Assembly (NCBI GenBank): GCA_038087875.1 | Contig: CM075999.1 | Location: 994,001-1,058,000, forward strand | Length of the DNA stretch: 64,000 bases | Direction of reading: 5' to 3' | Source: Malacoraja senta | Lineage: Eukaryota | Shown: positions 1-13,019 of the stretch, one piece after another | Numbering within the stretch: the first letter of the stretch is position 1 | Layout of the letters: the number at the start of each line of letters is the position of its first letter | The notes under the pieces: generated by a model | Database searches by the model: none | What the model was told of the DNA's origin: nothing | What the model saw: only the letters and a program-made list of their open reading frames with translations | Made by a program: the position numbers and the translations under genes

Positions 1-114
1 ACGTCCCCGAGCTCCGACGTACCCGCTACGTTTATTCTCCGTGCTTACCACGAGTTTGATTTTTTAATAACTCGGGAGTGCACTTGAATGAACTCGCACC
101 GTGGGACAGGGCTT
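1..114. mobile_element. Right end of a Harbinger-type MITE (truncated by window start)
   Basis: Ends GTGGGACAGGGCTT followed by TAA; internal sequence is the reverse complement of the left part of the MITE at ~35608-35932. Confidence 0.75.
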
Positions 115-117
115 TAA

Positions 118-907
118 GTAAGTAAATAAGTTTATTGGCCAAGTATTCACATACAAGGAATTTGCCTTGGTGCTTCGCCCACAAGTAACAACATGACATA
201 CAGTGACAGTTACGAATGACTCAGAAAACACTAAACATTAATATTAATAAAACATTAATGATAAAATACCATTGATCAAGCATGTGAACCAACAAAATAA
301 CAGATCAAAGGGAGGCTACAGATTTTTGGCTATTGAGTAGAGCAACTACTTGTGGATAAAAACAGTTTTTATGTCTGGCTGTGGCAGCTTTGACAATCCG
401 GAGTCGCCTTCCAGAGGGAAATGATTCAAAGAGTTTGTGGCCAGGGTAAGAGGGGTCAGAGATGATCTTGCCCGCTCGCTTCTTGGCCCTTGCAGTGTGC
501 AGTTCATTAATGGAAGGTTGCAGCCAATAACCTTCTCTGCTAATCAAACGATTCGCTGCAGCCTCCAGGTGTCGTGCTTGGTGGCTGAGCCAAACCAGAC
601 CATGATGGAGAAGGTGAGAACAGACTCTACGATGGCCGTGTAGAATTGGACCATCATTGCCAGCTGTGACACTTCCTGTCTGTAGGCAGATTCCTCCCCA
701 TCCTGGATCAGTCCAATCAGGGTTGTGAAGTCCGGAAACTTGAGAAGCTTGACAGAGGTGTCTGTGGAGGTGCAGTCTTTGGTGTAGAGAGAGTAGAGGA
801 GAGGAGAGAGTACGCAGCCTTGCAGTTCTCCAATGCTTGAGCGTGATCCGAGATGTGCTTTCCCAGCCTCACATGCTGCTTCCCGTCTGTCAGGAAGCTG
901 GTGATCC
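118..907 (-). mobile_element. Rex1/Babar-type LINE, 3' part (RT C-terminus and tail), interrupted by L1
   Basis: Minus ORFs with QGCVLSPLLYSLYT, KLLKF..(ADD), FYTAIVESVLTFSIMVWFG, KIISDPSYPGHKLF..PSGRR; AATAAA and short-repeat tail near 118-140. Confidence 0.8.
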
Positions 908-1058
908 GGACTTCCGGTGGCGCTATGGAGGCTTGAGTCCAGCGCCAACTAGCTCCGTGCCGAAGAAAATTAAAAACGGGAGAAATCGGGTCTTACCTGC
1001 AGCGATCTCGATCTGAACGGCTGCCTGCGGGACGTCAACAAGCGCGCTACTTTACGGT

Positions 1059-2093
1059 ATGTCACTACAACGTACCCCCACCCGTGTGACACAAAAAAAA
1101 GCCGCTAAAGGTAGAACGCAGATGGAAGAGGAAGGCCCTACAGAGGCCTCGGCCTCAGTTACAAAGACGCCCCAGGAAACCCAGGAAACCCAGGAAGACC
1201 CTCCGAAGAAAATGACAAAACAGAAAAAGTCGGAAATGGAGGACCTTAAAGCCTTTCTCGCTGCCGAAATGAGAATCTTTGGAGAGCAACTCGACTCTTT
1301 TAAGGTAGATTTTAAAACAGAAATGCATTCTACCGTTCAACAAATGCTGGAAATCTGGAAGAGGACGAGGGAGGAAGAGGTCAAGGATCAGATGGAAGTG
1401 CTGGAAGCCAGGCTCGATTCGGTGGAAACGAAGGTTAAAACGGAGCTGGACCCCATCCATCACATACTTGATCAACATAGAACAGCGATAACCGAACTTG
1501 AAAAATGTGCGGCGACAAGCGAGGAAACTGTAAGTCGACTTCTTACTGAAAATCAACGCCTTACAGATATGGTGATCAAATTAAGTGATAAATGTATCGA
1601 TTTGGAGGGACGGCAAAGACGTAAAAATTTAAGAATTGTAGGGGTGAAAGAAGGAAGTGAGAGGGAAATGGGCACTCGGGATTTCGTGGCAAATCTATTA
1701 CAAAAAGCCTTAAAATTGGATTACAAACCCTCACTCGGTCGAGCTCATAGAGCGCAGCGACGACGTACTCAAGACGATGCCCATCCAAGACAAATTATTG
1801 TAAAGGTGCAAATGGATCAAGAATTCGACGATATAATGAAGAAAACTGTTCAAGGCGGACAACTCCATTTTGAAGGTGTGAGATTCAGTATCTACCGAGA
1901 TTATCCGGCAGAAGTCTTCAAGAAAAGAGCGCTGTTCATTGAGACAAAAAGAATACTGAAGAATGTACCGGATTTGAGATACGGCTTGCTTTATCCCGCA
2001 AGACTAAGAGTCTCTTACAAGGAACACTTTTTTACAGACCACGAAAAAGCACTGCAATATGCCAAAGAAGTTGGTAACACGACCATAGACTGA
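1059..2093 (+). CDS. L1 ORF1p (coiled-coil + RRM + CTD RNA-binding protein), apparently intact, 344 aa
   Basis: Heptad-rich N-terminal half; conserved L1 ORF1 motifs DLEGRQRRKNLRIVGVKEG, RAHR, PRQIIVK, IYRDY, YGLLYPARLRV. Confidence 0.93.
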   Translation: MSLQRTPTRVTQKKAAKGRTQMEEEGPTEASASVTKTPQETQETQEDPPKKMTKQKKSEMEDLKAFLAAEMRIFGEQLDSFKVDFKTEMHSTVQQMLEIWKRTREEEVKDQMEVLEARLDSVETKVKTELDPIHHILDQHRTAITELEKCAATSEETVSRLLTENQRLTDMVIKLSDKCIDLEGRQRRKNLRIVGVKEGSEREMGTRDFVANLLQKALKLDYKPSLGRAHRAQRRRTQDDAHPRQIIVKVQMDQEFDDIMKKTVQGGQLHFEGVRFSIYRDYPAEVFKKRALFIETKRILKNVPDLRYGLLYPARLRVSYKEHFFTDHEKALQYAKEVGNTTID

Positions 2094-2704
2094 AGGATTT
2101 ACATTACTCCCTAGGAGTCAAGGACCAACAGGACTACCAGATTTAAAAGGACCTTTAAAGTTCTTTTAAGAGCTTTAAGGACATTCGGAAACCGAAATGG
2201 ACGGAGGATATTGGACAAAACCGTGATCTTCGTAATTTTATTTTATTTTTTATTATTTTACATATAAAAATTTGTTTTCTTTTTTAAAAAAAATTTTTGT
2301 TCTCTTTTTTTTTTGTGTTTACTAATCATCATTATTATTTGTATATTCATATCTAACTATATAGATAATAACTAATACTTATTAAAATCCATATTACCAC
2401 TAAAATTATTAACATTAATATTTCTTATAAAAATTTAATACGGGATATGATTGATAACAATGATTAATAATTAATAGTCTTCGATTAAGGTAGAAATGAA
2501 TTACATACTTATATTATAAAGGAAGATATGTAAGAAGTAATTTAGCCTACGTCATAATAAAGTTTTACGGTTTTTCTCTTTATTTTTCAATTTAAAATTA
2601 GATTTATAGATTTAGTGAAAAAATTAATAGGATAGGTAGAGAATAATAACGTTGTGAATTTTTGCTGTTTTGCAGGGTTACGTGCTTATGTATGTATACA
2701 TATG

Positions 2705-2706
<2 letters not shown>

Positions 2707-2745
<39 letters not shown>

Positions 2746-2760
2746 ATATTGTGTGTGTGT
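2707..2760. repeat. (TA)n/(TG)n microsatellite in L1 inter-ORF spacer
   Basis: Direct inspection. Confidence 0.9.
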
Positions 2761-3160
2761 ACGTATGGGTATGTAAATAAGTTTGTTACTCCCAAGAAGT
2801 TATTTGAATGTTAGAAATAATCTTTTTTCTTCTTCGGGCACGGAGCTGGGATTTTTTTTTTTCTTACAAAGGCTACGGAAGTCTTTAGAATTCTAGCCAC
2901 GTTAGTGTGGCTATCACTAACTACACTAATTGTAGATGTAGTTCTTTTTCTTTCACCCTATACTAATCAACTCTATCACCTTTTTCACTTTAAATATTTT
3001 TATAATTTAATGTTTGAATGGAAAAATAAGACTAATACAAGGAGATGTGTTCGGAAGAGCGACGTATATGATTTTAAATTCATCTATTCGAGGTTCGGGA
3101 GTAGGGTCAGGTTCTCTGTGTTGTACTTTCTGCTCGGCTATAGACCACCTTAGAAATAAT

Positions 3161-6100
3161 ATGCAAGATGTTAATATGTCAAGAGGGGGTCAGGGAATAA
3201 CATTTTGTAGTTGGAATGTCAAGGGAATCAATGAACCAATTAAAAGAGGTAAAGTTTTGGCACATTTAAATTCAATCAAAACAGATGTAATATTTCTTCA
3301 AGAAACACACCTTAAAAAGGAATCTCAACATAGACTTAAAGCTAAGTGGATCGCTGAAGCATATCATTCCTCCTTTTCCCACAAGTCCAGAGGAGTTGCA
3401 ATATTAATTCGTAAAGGAATACCTTTTACGATCTCTTCAACAATAGTGGATATTGATGGTAGATATATTATACTAGTAGGAGAGTTAAATGGAGAAAAAG
3501 TGATTCTTCTGAATGTATATGGGCCTAATTTTGATAACCCCATGTTTTTTAATAAAACATTCAATAAAATTCCAGAATCTACACAATATAAATTAATAAT
3601 TGGAGGAGACTTCAATTGTACATTAGATTCATACTTAGATAGATCATCAAGGCAAAAAAAAAAAGTAAAATCCCAATCAAGTGTATTTCTAAATTCATTT
3701 ATTGATACCTCTAATATTAAGGATGTCTGGAGAATAGAAAACCCAACTGGACGGGAATATTCATTTTACTCACCAGTACATAAAACATACTCAAGAATAG
3801 ATTATTTTTTAGTTGACTCTACGTTTACCCCATTTATTTATAATTTAAAATACCATAACATTATAATCTCAGATCACGCACCTGTAACATTCATGATTAA
3901 ATTGAATGGAATGTCCGAGAAACAAGCATATTGGAGATTTAACCCACAAATTTTGAATGAAAGATCATGCCAGGAATATATTATTAAACAGATTCAAATA
4001 TTTTTTGAGGTAAATGACAACTCTGACACACCTACTTCTCTTATGTGGGAAACGTTTAAAGCGTTTGTTCGAGGTACATTAATTTCTGCTCAAGCATTTT
4101 ATAATAAAGAGAACAGGATTAAGCAACAAACATTGGAAAGCGAAATCAAGCAACTAGATATAGAAAATGCGAGAATGCCATCTACTTTAAAACATAATAA
4201 AATTGTTGTATTGAAATATAAATTAAATTAAATGTATTCAGAACAAGTAATAAAACTTTATCAAAAAACCAAACAATTACATTTTGAATTCGGAGACAAA
4301 CCACAAAAACTATTAGCACGTCAGTTACGAAAAATGGAAGGGGAAAAAATAATTCATAAAATTAGAACAGAGACAGGAGAATTATTAAAAATGCCCAAGG
4401 ACATAAATGATAGATTTCTCCAATACTATTATAACCTTTACTCAACTAAAACAGTAGCACAACCAGAAGGAATAGCAGATTTTTTACTAAAATGTAATTT
4501 AAAAGGTTTAGATTCAAACGATAGAGAATTATTAGAAAGGGAGATTACGATAAAGGATATTGAAGGGTCTATTGGTTCTTTAAAAAATGGTAAAGCAGTA
4601 GGACCAGATGGTTTAGGCTCCGAATTTTATAAAAAATTTTATGATTTACTTTGCCCACGGTTACAAAGACTGTATGAATATATCTATACTCAACAGAAAC
4701 TTCCAGACACTTTAAATGAATCTATAATAACACTTATTCCTAAAGCTGATAAAGATCCGGAAGACCCGGGATCATACAGAGCAATTGCACTTTTAAATAC
4801 AGATCAGAAAATATTAACTAAAATACTAGCGCATAGATTAAGTACAGTGATGAATAAATTAATACACCCTGACCAAACAGGCTTTATTCAGAAACGGTAT
4901 TCATATTATAATCTAAGAAGATTATTTAATATTATATATTCCAAGAGAATTATTAACGAAGATCTAGCAATAATCTCACTCGACGCTGAAAAAGCATTTG
5001 ATCAGGTGGAATGGTCTTATCTATTTTCGGTGATGGAAAATATGCAGCTAGGAGAGAAATTCTGTACATGGATAAAACTGTTATATACAAACCCCACGGC
5101 TAGAATACTTACAAACCAAAGGTTGTCATCTAAATTTAGCCTATCTAGAGGTTGTAGACAAGGATGCCCGTTATCTCCATTATTATTTGCGCTTGCTATT
5201 GAGCCACTGGCAGAAAGAGCTAGGGGGCATCCGGAAATACATGGGTATAACACAAAGGACACAGTGAATAAAATTTCTCTATACGCAGATGATGTATTAA
5301 TTTACATTACAAAACCAGACATTAGTATTCCAAACTTATTAAAGCTAATAACCCAATTTGGTTCATTTTCAGGATACAGAATAAATTGGAATAAAAGTGA
5401 AATTATGCCAATAAGGGAACATAACAAACAGATAATACAACAATTCCCATTTAAAATAGTAAATGAAAAATTTAAATATCTAGGTATTTATATAACTAAG
5501 AGATATACATCATTATTTAAAGCAAATTTTCCCCCATTACTGAACAAACTACATAAGAATATTCAATACTGGAAAACACTTCCTATCTCAATGGTTGGCA
5601 AAATTAATGCTATAAAAATGATTTTTTTACCGCAAATATTATACCTTTTTCAGACAATTCCGATATATCTGACAAAAAACGTTTTTAAAAAACTGGACTC
5701 TATTGTTAATGATTTTATCTGGGATTATAAGAATCATAGGATAAACAAAAGACACTTGTGTAAATCAAAAATAAATGGAGGCTTGGTTTTACCCAACTTT
5801 TTGTTTTATTTCTGGGCAGTTAATATTAAAAATATGAATTTCTGGTTGGAAGAAATAGATCATCAACCAGACTGGTTAAAAATGGAAAAGGAAGATTGTT
5901 TACCTTTTGATATCGGTTCGATATTATTTGCTACGTCTAAATTAAACAAAAAAATTTATAGGGAAAACCCTATAATATTTAGTGCTATACGAATTTGGAA
6001 ACAATTAAAAAAGACATTAAAATTAGATAATTTATCACTTTTTCTTCCAATTGTGAATAACCCTTTGTTTAAGCCTTCATGGTTGGACGGGGGTTTTACA

Positions 6101-6979
6101 CAATGGAAGAATTATGGAATTAAAAATATGGGACAACTTTATAAGGAAGGCACCTTTCTGACATTTCAGGAGTTGCAACAGACTCGTGGACTTCGAGGAA
6201 ATGATTATTTCAGATATCTTCAACTTAGAGATTATGTAAAATCGAACTCTCAAAATTTTCGATTTAGAAATTCAGAAATTCTTGATGAATGTTGGAACAA
6301 ACATCCTAATACAGAAAAATTAATATCTTATATATATAATATCTTACTAGACAGTGACATTCCTTCGACAGAATTACACAGACAAACATGGGAAGAAGAA
6401 TTAAATCAAGTAATAACGAAAGATACTTGGGAAGAAAGTTTGAAACACATACATCAGTGCTCACTAAACGCCAGACATTCTCTAATACAATTTAAAGTAA
6501 TACATAGGTTACATTATTCAAAAACAAAACTACATAAAATTTTTCAACATATCTCACCTATATGTGATAAATGTCAACATTTAGAAGCTTCATTATCTCA
6601 TATGTTTGCAAACTGTATAAAAATTAAAAAATTCTGGGTAAATATTTTCAGTATAATATCTAAAGTAACCGGCACACAAATGGACCCAGACCCAAAACTA
6701 ATAATACTCGGAATATTAGAATTAAATTAAACATTTAGAACAACACAAAGAAACTTTATTGATTATAGTTTAATAACAGGAAAAAAATTAATTCTAAAAT
6801 TTTGGAAAGGCCCTACGGCCCCCACAATCAAAATGTGGATTATAGAAATGACGGAGACCTTAAACGTGGAAAGAATCAGATTTTCCCTGTTGGACAAACA
6901 GGAATTATTCGTAGGAACATGGTCTCCTTTTATTGATTACTTAAAGGGTCAGAATAGTTCAGCACAGGAACCTGACTAG
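3161..6979 (+). pseudogene. L1 ORF2 (APE endonuclease + reverse transcriptase + C-terminal Cys/His motif) with two in-frame premature TAA stops
   Basis: APE motifs SWNVKG, LQETH, GGDFN, SRIDY, SDHAP; RT motifs GPDG, DAEKAFD, RQGCPLSPLLF, YADD, KYLGI; CDKC..H..C; stops at 4229-4231 and 6728-6730, same frame continues to TAG 6977-6979. Confidence 0.95.
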
Positions 6980-7346
6980 CACTCGGTCTAAAGAATGGAT
7001 GAAAGGCTATACTCTGAAATGTACGAACATATCTCGAATGAAGTTTTTTATTTCAATAAATTTTTCCATTCTTCTTTAACTATTTTATTTTTTTTTATTT
7101 TTTTTTTATTTTTTTTTTATTTTTTATTATTCTTCTTCTCTTTCTTTTCTCTCTTTACTTCATCTATCTCTTTAGTTCTATCTAGTTTAAAAAAAAAAAG
7201 GCAAAAGGTATTGGAGACAATGTAATAATAATTGATAATATTATCAATTTAAAAATGTCAGACTGTAATGATGTAAATAAATTGTGTACTTATCTCCAAT
7301 AATAAAAAAATTTAAAAAAAAAAAAAAAAAAGGAAGCTGGTGATCC

Positions 7347-7900
7347 ACCGACAGAGGGGTTCAGGCGCAGTCAACTCAGAAAGTTTGGAGTGTAGTAGCT
7401 CTGGCACAATGCTGTTGAATGTAGAGCTAAAATCAACAAACAGGATTCTCGCATAGGTCCCCTGGCGGTCTAGGTGCTGTAGGATGAAGTGCAGGCCCAG
7501 GTTGACCATCATCCGCAGATCTATTGGCCCGATATGCAAACTGCAGAGGGTCCAGCAGGGAGTTTGTGATATTTTTCAGCTTGGCCAGCACAAGCCTTTC
7601 GAGTGTCTTCATGACTACAGAGGTCAGTGCGACAGGCCTGTAGTCATTAAGACAAGTAATCCTTGGCTTTTTGGGTACAGGGACAATAGTGGAGACTTTG
7701 AAGCAGGCAGGGACAGTACATGTTTGCAGGGACTGGTAAAAAATGTCTGTATAGACCGGTGCCAGCTGTTTGGCACAGAGCGTAAGAGTAGAGGGGGAAA
7801 CATTGTCAGGTCCTGGAGATTTCCAGCTTTTTTGTCCTCTGCAAAGCCTCTCCACCTCCTCTATTTTTATTGTTGATATTTGATAAGTGATGTTGTGCAG
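7347..7900 (-). mobile_element. Rex1/Babar-type LINE, upstream RT part (continuation of 118-907)
   Basis: KSPGPDNV, IVPVPKKPRITCLNDYRPVALTSVVMK, DPLQFAYR, LFVDFSSTFN; joins across the L1 TSD to read CRWITSFLTD. Confidence 0.85.
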
Positions 7901-8369
7901 CACAGAGGGTGTGGGTGATGGGTGAGGGTGTGGGAAAATGGCACCCACAACCATTTTGATACCAGTGACTAAAAGTACTCAGTCAAGAAACTTGTGGGGT
8001 GAGTTAGCTATGTCTCTGTTCATGTGTGACTGAGTAGGGACCAATGTGGAGAAAGATCTAGAAGTTAAATCCCTGCTATATACATAATGTGGATTTTGAA
8101 CCATTCAAAACGCATCAGTTTCCATTTAAAATAAAATGTGTCAATTTCTTTTGGCTTCTGATATTCAATCCCATGTGAATGTTCTCCCCTTACAATCAAA
8201 ACAACGAAGGAGAAATAAATTGTTGTGAATTTTCCTGGATATTTTTAGATTTACCCAGTGATTTGCATTTGTTCAGTCTCGGAGTTTTAATAATTAGTTG
8301 CTGATGACATTAATTAAATGTTATTTACTAGTTACAAGTTTAATGATGTTACAAGTTTAATGGTGACAC

Positions 8370-9480
8370 CACCGTGGTGGACCACATCTCAAACAATGAC
8401 GAGATGGAATACAAAAAGGAGCTAGAGAGCTTAGCTGTGTGATCAAGACAACAATCTCTCCCTCAAGAGAACAAAAAGTGCTGGAGTAACTCAGTGGGTC
8501 AGGCAGCAAGTCTGGAGAACATAGATGGGATGTTGGGATCCTCCTGTCAGACTGAAGAAGAGTTTCGACCCGAAACGTCATCTATTCATGTTCTCCAGAT
8601 GCTGCCAGACCTGTTGAATTACTCCAGCACTTTGTGACCTTTTGCGCATTAACCTGCATCTTCAGTTCTTTGTTTCTGAAATCTCTCCCTCAATGTCAGC
8701 AAAACGAAGGAGCTGTTCATCAACTTCAGGAAGCATGGTAGAGTAGATGCCCCAGTAAATATCAATAGAATTGAAGTGGAATTGGTGAGAGCAGCAGGTT
8801 TCTTGGTTTAAGTACCATCAACAATGATGCTACTGGTCCAAATACATTAATGAATGGCCAAGGAAGTACACTAATGTCTCTACATCCTTAGAAGGCTAGG
8901 AAATTTGGCATGTCTCCTACACCACTTACCAATTTCTTCCGATGCACCGTAGAAAGCATCCTGTCCAAATGTATCACAGCTAGGTATGGCAACTGCTCTG
9001 CCCAAGACTGCAAGATATTTCAGAGTTGTCATTGCAACCAAGTCCATCACACAAACCAGCCATCTCCCTTAACTCCATCTACATTTCATGCTACTTCTGG
9101 AGAACAGCCAACATTATCAAGGACTACTAACACCGCAGTCATTCTCTCTTCTCCTCTCATGTCGGGAAGAAGATGCAACAGCTTGAAAGTACATACCACT
9201 TGATTCAAGGCAGCTTCTTCCCCATTGTTATCAGATTCTTGAATTAACCTGTCATATGTTAGGGTTTATTTTCTCAAACTTTCTGTCGATCTCCTTGCAA
9301 CCCTTGCACTTTTTTAATCTGCACTTTCTCTATAGCTATACCACAATGTTCTGCACTGTTCATGTTTTCTTTTGCACTACCTGATGAATTCATACATGAT
9401 CTTCCTGGATAGCATGCACTCAAATTATAATCTGCAATGTTTTCACTGTTTCTTGCTATACGTGAGAATAATACCAAAAC
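8370..9480 (+). mobile_element. Degraded Rex1/Babar-type LINE 3' fragment
   Basis: NFFRCTVESILSKCITARYGNCSAQD motif; LSLNVSKTKEL-like stretch; interrupted by a Penelope-derived insert. Confidence 0.65.
8467..8679. mobile_element. Short Penelope-terminus-derived inverted-pair insert with hammerhead-like motif
   Basis: 14-bp TSD AATCTCTCCCTCAA at 8453-8466 and 8680-8693; CTGAAGA..GAAACGTC at 8552-8579. Confidence 0.75.
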
Positions 9481-9979
9481 CAATACTGTGTGCTTTGGGA
9501 AACTATTATTTTGGAATGTTGGGAGATACATAATTCCTTTCTTTCTGTCATGAAGAGGGGATGGAAAGAACAAGTTTGAAAGGATATAGGTTAAGGCTTT
9601 GCAGAATATATTTGATTGCAATAAGTTGATACCCACACAGTAACAGGATTTACAGAATTACAGGGTTTCTAGGTTAATTGCTCCTAGTGGATGTGAAAGT
9701 GGGATAACATAATGTGAATGGGTGAATTCAATTAACAGGATTTACAGACAGTTGCCCAGCTTTGGTTGTTCTGAGAACATTACATGAAAAGAAGAATGAG
9801 TTGCATTATACCACAGCATAATGCACATTCACTTTGACAGTCAGCCTTCATAATTGCTTCATGTAAGGCCATTTCTATCTCACAAGGCTTTCTGAGTAAC
9901 AAAAGTCATGGGGTTGGGGGAGGAAGGGGAGCTAGTGTAGATGCTTGGACATTTATGGCAGAGCTTCTTAAGTGAAGAT

Positions 9980-10192
9980 GCAGTGCATGTTCTCCCTGTG
10001 AGAACGTGGGTTTCCTCCCATATCCTAAAGATGTACAGGTTTGTAGGTTAATTGGCTTCGTAGGTTGCCACTAGTGTATGGGGAATGGATTCAAAAGTGG
10101 GATAAAAAAGAACTAGATTGAACAGATGATTGATAGTCAGCATTGACTTGGTGGGCTGAAGGGCTGTTTCCATGGTGTATCTCTAACCTAAA
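9980..10192 (+). mobile_element. HE1-like V-SINE, 3' portion
   Basis: V-core-like TTCTCCCTGTG..GTGGGTTTCCTCCC and CR1-derived tail GAAGGGC.TGTTTCCATG.TGTATCTCTAA. Confidence 0.65.
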
Positions 10193-11168
10193 TACTGAGT
10201 TACAGACTCATCACCTGCCTCCTACACGTCTCACACTCACTCCTGGTGAATGACACATTGTCGACAGGCCCTAAAGAAATCAACACATCTGGGCTGGGAC
10301 ATACAAATGCACAAAGCAGCCAGGCCCCCTCAAAACTTCCTTTATCATTGAATCATAGGAAACAGCTTGTTCAGCACATGCAGACAACTATCACCATATC
10401 AAATGGTAGCCTGCAATTGCTCAAAGGTAATGAGACAACATATCAAGTGCTGGAGAAACGTGGTGGATCAGGCAGCATCGGTGGAGAGAATGGACAGGCG
10501 ATGATTCGGGTTAGCACCCTTCTTCATACTAAACCCCCTTCTGAAGAAGGGTCCCAACCCAGAAAGTCACCTGTCTTTTCCTTCTGGAGATACTGTCTGA
10601 CCCACTGAGTTCCTCCAGAACTTGTGTTTTGCTCAAGGTTTAACACTCCTGCAGTTCCTTGACTCGGCAAAAGCTTACATCTAATGGACTGCTGACCTGC
10701 TGCAGGTGATTGTTCCTGACAACCTTGTTGATGTGTCAAGATGTTGTGATGTTGTTCCAAAGGTCCAACATCTGCTCCAGTTTGGACTGTACTGGTGGAT
10801 TGCATCAGCTGGTGTCTCTCAGAGCCAGAACACTGCTGATAATATGCATGGTAAATCCATGCCTCAGAGTGGATTTACCAAGACTGTTTCAAGGCATGGC
10901 AAAAGTTGACAAGTTAACTTTTCTCCAGGATTTCATTGCGCAAGTGGAAGCCATAGTTGCCATGTTAAAGAGAAACTAATCTGTTAACTCCAAACACAAG
11001 AAACTTCTATCATGGATAGAAAATTGGCTGCACCTTCAGAATGTAGATGAGGAGAAAATATTTTAGCCAGAGGTTGGAGTATCTGTGGAATTCAGTGCCA
11101 CAGATGTATGTGGAGGCCAAGTCATTGGGTGTTTTTAAAGCAGAGATTGATAGATTCTTAATTAGTAA

Positions 11169-11772
11169 AGGGCCTGTCCCACTTGGACGACCTAATCCAC
11201 GAGTTTAGAAGACCCTAGATGAGTGGAAAAAAATGTCAAGGTCGTGTTGACTCGCCGAAGTAAAGAACCTCCTATGACCTCCTACGACTATGTCTACGAC
11301 CTACTACAACTATGTCTATGACCTCCTACGACTATGTCTACGACCTCCTACGACCCCCCCTCGACCTGTCTTCCACACCTAAGACCAACTACGACTACCT
11401 ATGTGTGGAAAATGATCACTTGATAAAATTATGTCATGTTTGCATTTTTTTTCTCGGGCCAGTTAACGACCTACGACTACCTACGATTACCTACGACTAT
11501 CTACGACTACGTACAACTACCATCACAACTTACTACGACCTACCTACGAGTAAAAAGTATCGATTTTTTCCATGCCGACCTTTTTGCTACTCGTGGACAT
11601 TTTTTATCAGGCTGGAAAAATCGCCACGAGTACGCGGAGATACTCACGAGCATGAGGAAGAGTTACGAAGACCTCCTACGACCTCCTACGACCTTGTGGC
11701 GACCATGCTGCGAGTATGAGTCAAGGGCAAACTGGGCAGAGGTCGCAAATTAGGTCGTGAAAGTGGGACAGG
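11169..11772. mobile_element. Harbinger-type MITE with internal CTACGAC tandem repeats
   Basis: TAA then AGGGCCTGTCCCACTT ... AAGTGGGACAGG termini; inserted in a CR1 3' fragment. Confidence 0.7.
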
Positions 11773-12429
11773 GGACTCCGGATGTCAAAGGTTATGGGGA
11801 GAAGGCATGAGAAGAAGGAAACATAGATGAGCTATGATCGTATGGCAGAGGAGACCCAATCGGTTGAACGGCCTAATCCTGTTCCTACTATATATCTCAT
11901 GAAACCAGCGAAAGATGACACAATTAAATTATATACATGCCTGAAAGGTTCTTTTGCCTCGGAAGGAACTGCAGATGCTGGTTTAATCCAAAGATAGACA
12001 CAAAATGCTGGAGTAACTCAGCAGGTCGGACAGCATCTCTGAAGAAACGGAATAGGTGACATTTCCGGTCAAGACCCTTTTGTCTCATTCTTTTGTCTCA
12101 TGCACAAGGCATTGCTAATTTACCCATTGTGCAAGCAAGGTCAGCTTCACAATAGGATAAGTTTCACATGCATGCATTGAAAAAGGCAAAATCCATTGTG
12201 CATCCATATGTCCCATGCAGTTCTAGATTTCTTTGTCATTTCCGATATAACTTTTGTTGAAGTTGACAGCTTGCAATCATTATAATAAATAATTTAATTA
12301 TCATAAATATGTCTGCATGGCGGGAGTGAAAGACACAAAATGTGTCTGCAGTGAAACTTTCCACCTCACTGGTCTAAAAATTATATTTTTTATTTGCAGA
12401 AAGATTTCACTGATCCCATTTGATATTAG

Positions 12430-12760
12430 TTATAAAGTCATACGGCCCAACTTGCCCACACCAGTCAATGTCCCATCTACACTAGTCCCATCTGGCTGCG
12501 TTTGGCTCATATCTCTCTAAACCTATCCAATCCATGTACTTGCTTATATGTTTATTAAATGTTGCATTAGTACCGGTCTCAACTACCTCCCCCAGCAGCT
12601 CATTCCATGCACCCACCACACATTGTGTGAAAAAGTGACCCCTCTGGTTCCTTTTGAATCTTTCCCCCCTCACCTTAAACCTATGTCCTCAGGTTCTCGA
12701 TTCCCCTACTCTGGGCAAGTGACCGAGTGTTTATCCGATCAATTCCTCTCATGATTTTGT
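12430..12760 (-). mobile_element. CR1 LINE 3' fragment
   Basis: FFTQCVVGAWNELLGEVVE..TFNKHISKYMD C-terminal CR1 motif. Confidence 0.75.
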
Positions 12761-13019
12761 ACAGAATCTTGCACAAAAGACATGGGTTTTGTGGGCACTG
12801 ATTTTTTACCAATCTATCCGAGATTCGTCTGACCACTTTGGGACACTGTCCCAACTCCTGCCATTGCAGTGTTAAATCGTGCAGCTTGCATCACTCCTTG
12901 ATATTGAGCTTCTTTCACAAGTCACACTGCTGGGCTAAAAATGACAAATGCATGAAATTGCAAAAGATCAAGAGATAACTCTGCAATTGTGCCATGGCGT
13001 TCCATAACTGTGCTGTTCT

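Larger units (their letters stand above)
908..7330 (+). mobile_element. Full-length L1 (LINE-1 clade) retrotransposon
   Basis: GC-rich 5'UTR starting GGACTTCCGGTGGCG, ORF1, ~1-kb AT-rich spacer, ORF2, T-rich 3'UTR, AATAAA + polyA; perfect 16-bp TSD AGGAAGCTGGTGATCC at 892-907 and 7331-7346. Confidence 0.97.

Noticed and set aside
10930..10979. Possible terminal exon after TTTTCTCCAG (DFIAQVEAIVAMLKRN*)
   Set aside because: Single acceptor-like motif only; no upstream exon or homology evidence
11270..11700. Short repeat array (CTACGAC) superficially like CRISPR or a repetitive ORF
   Set aside because: No unique spacers, no cas genes, eukaryotic context; lies inside a MITE
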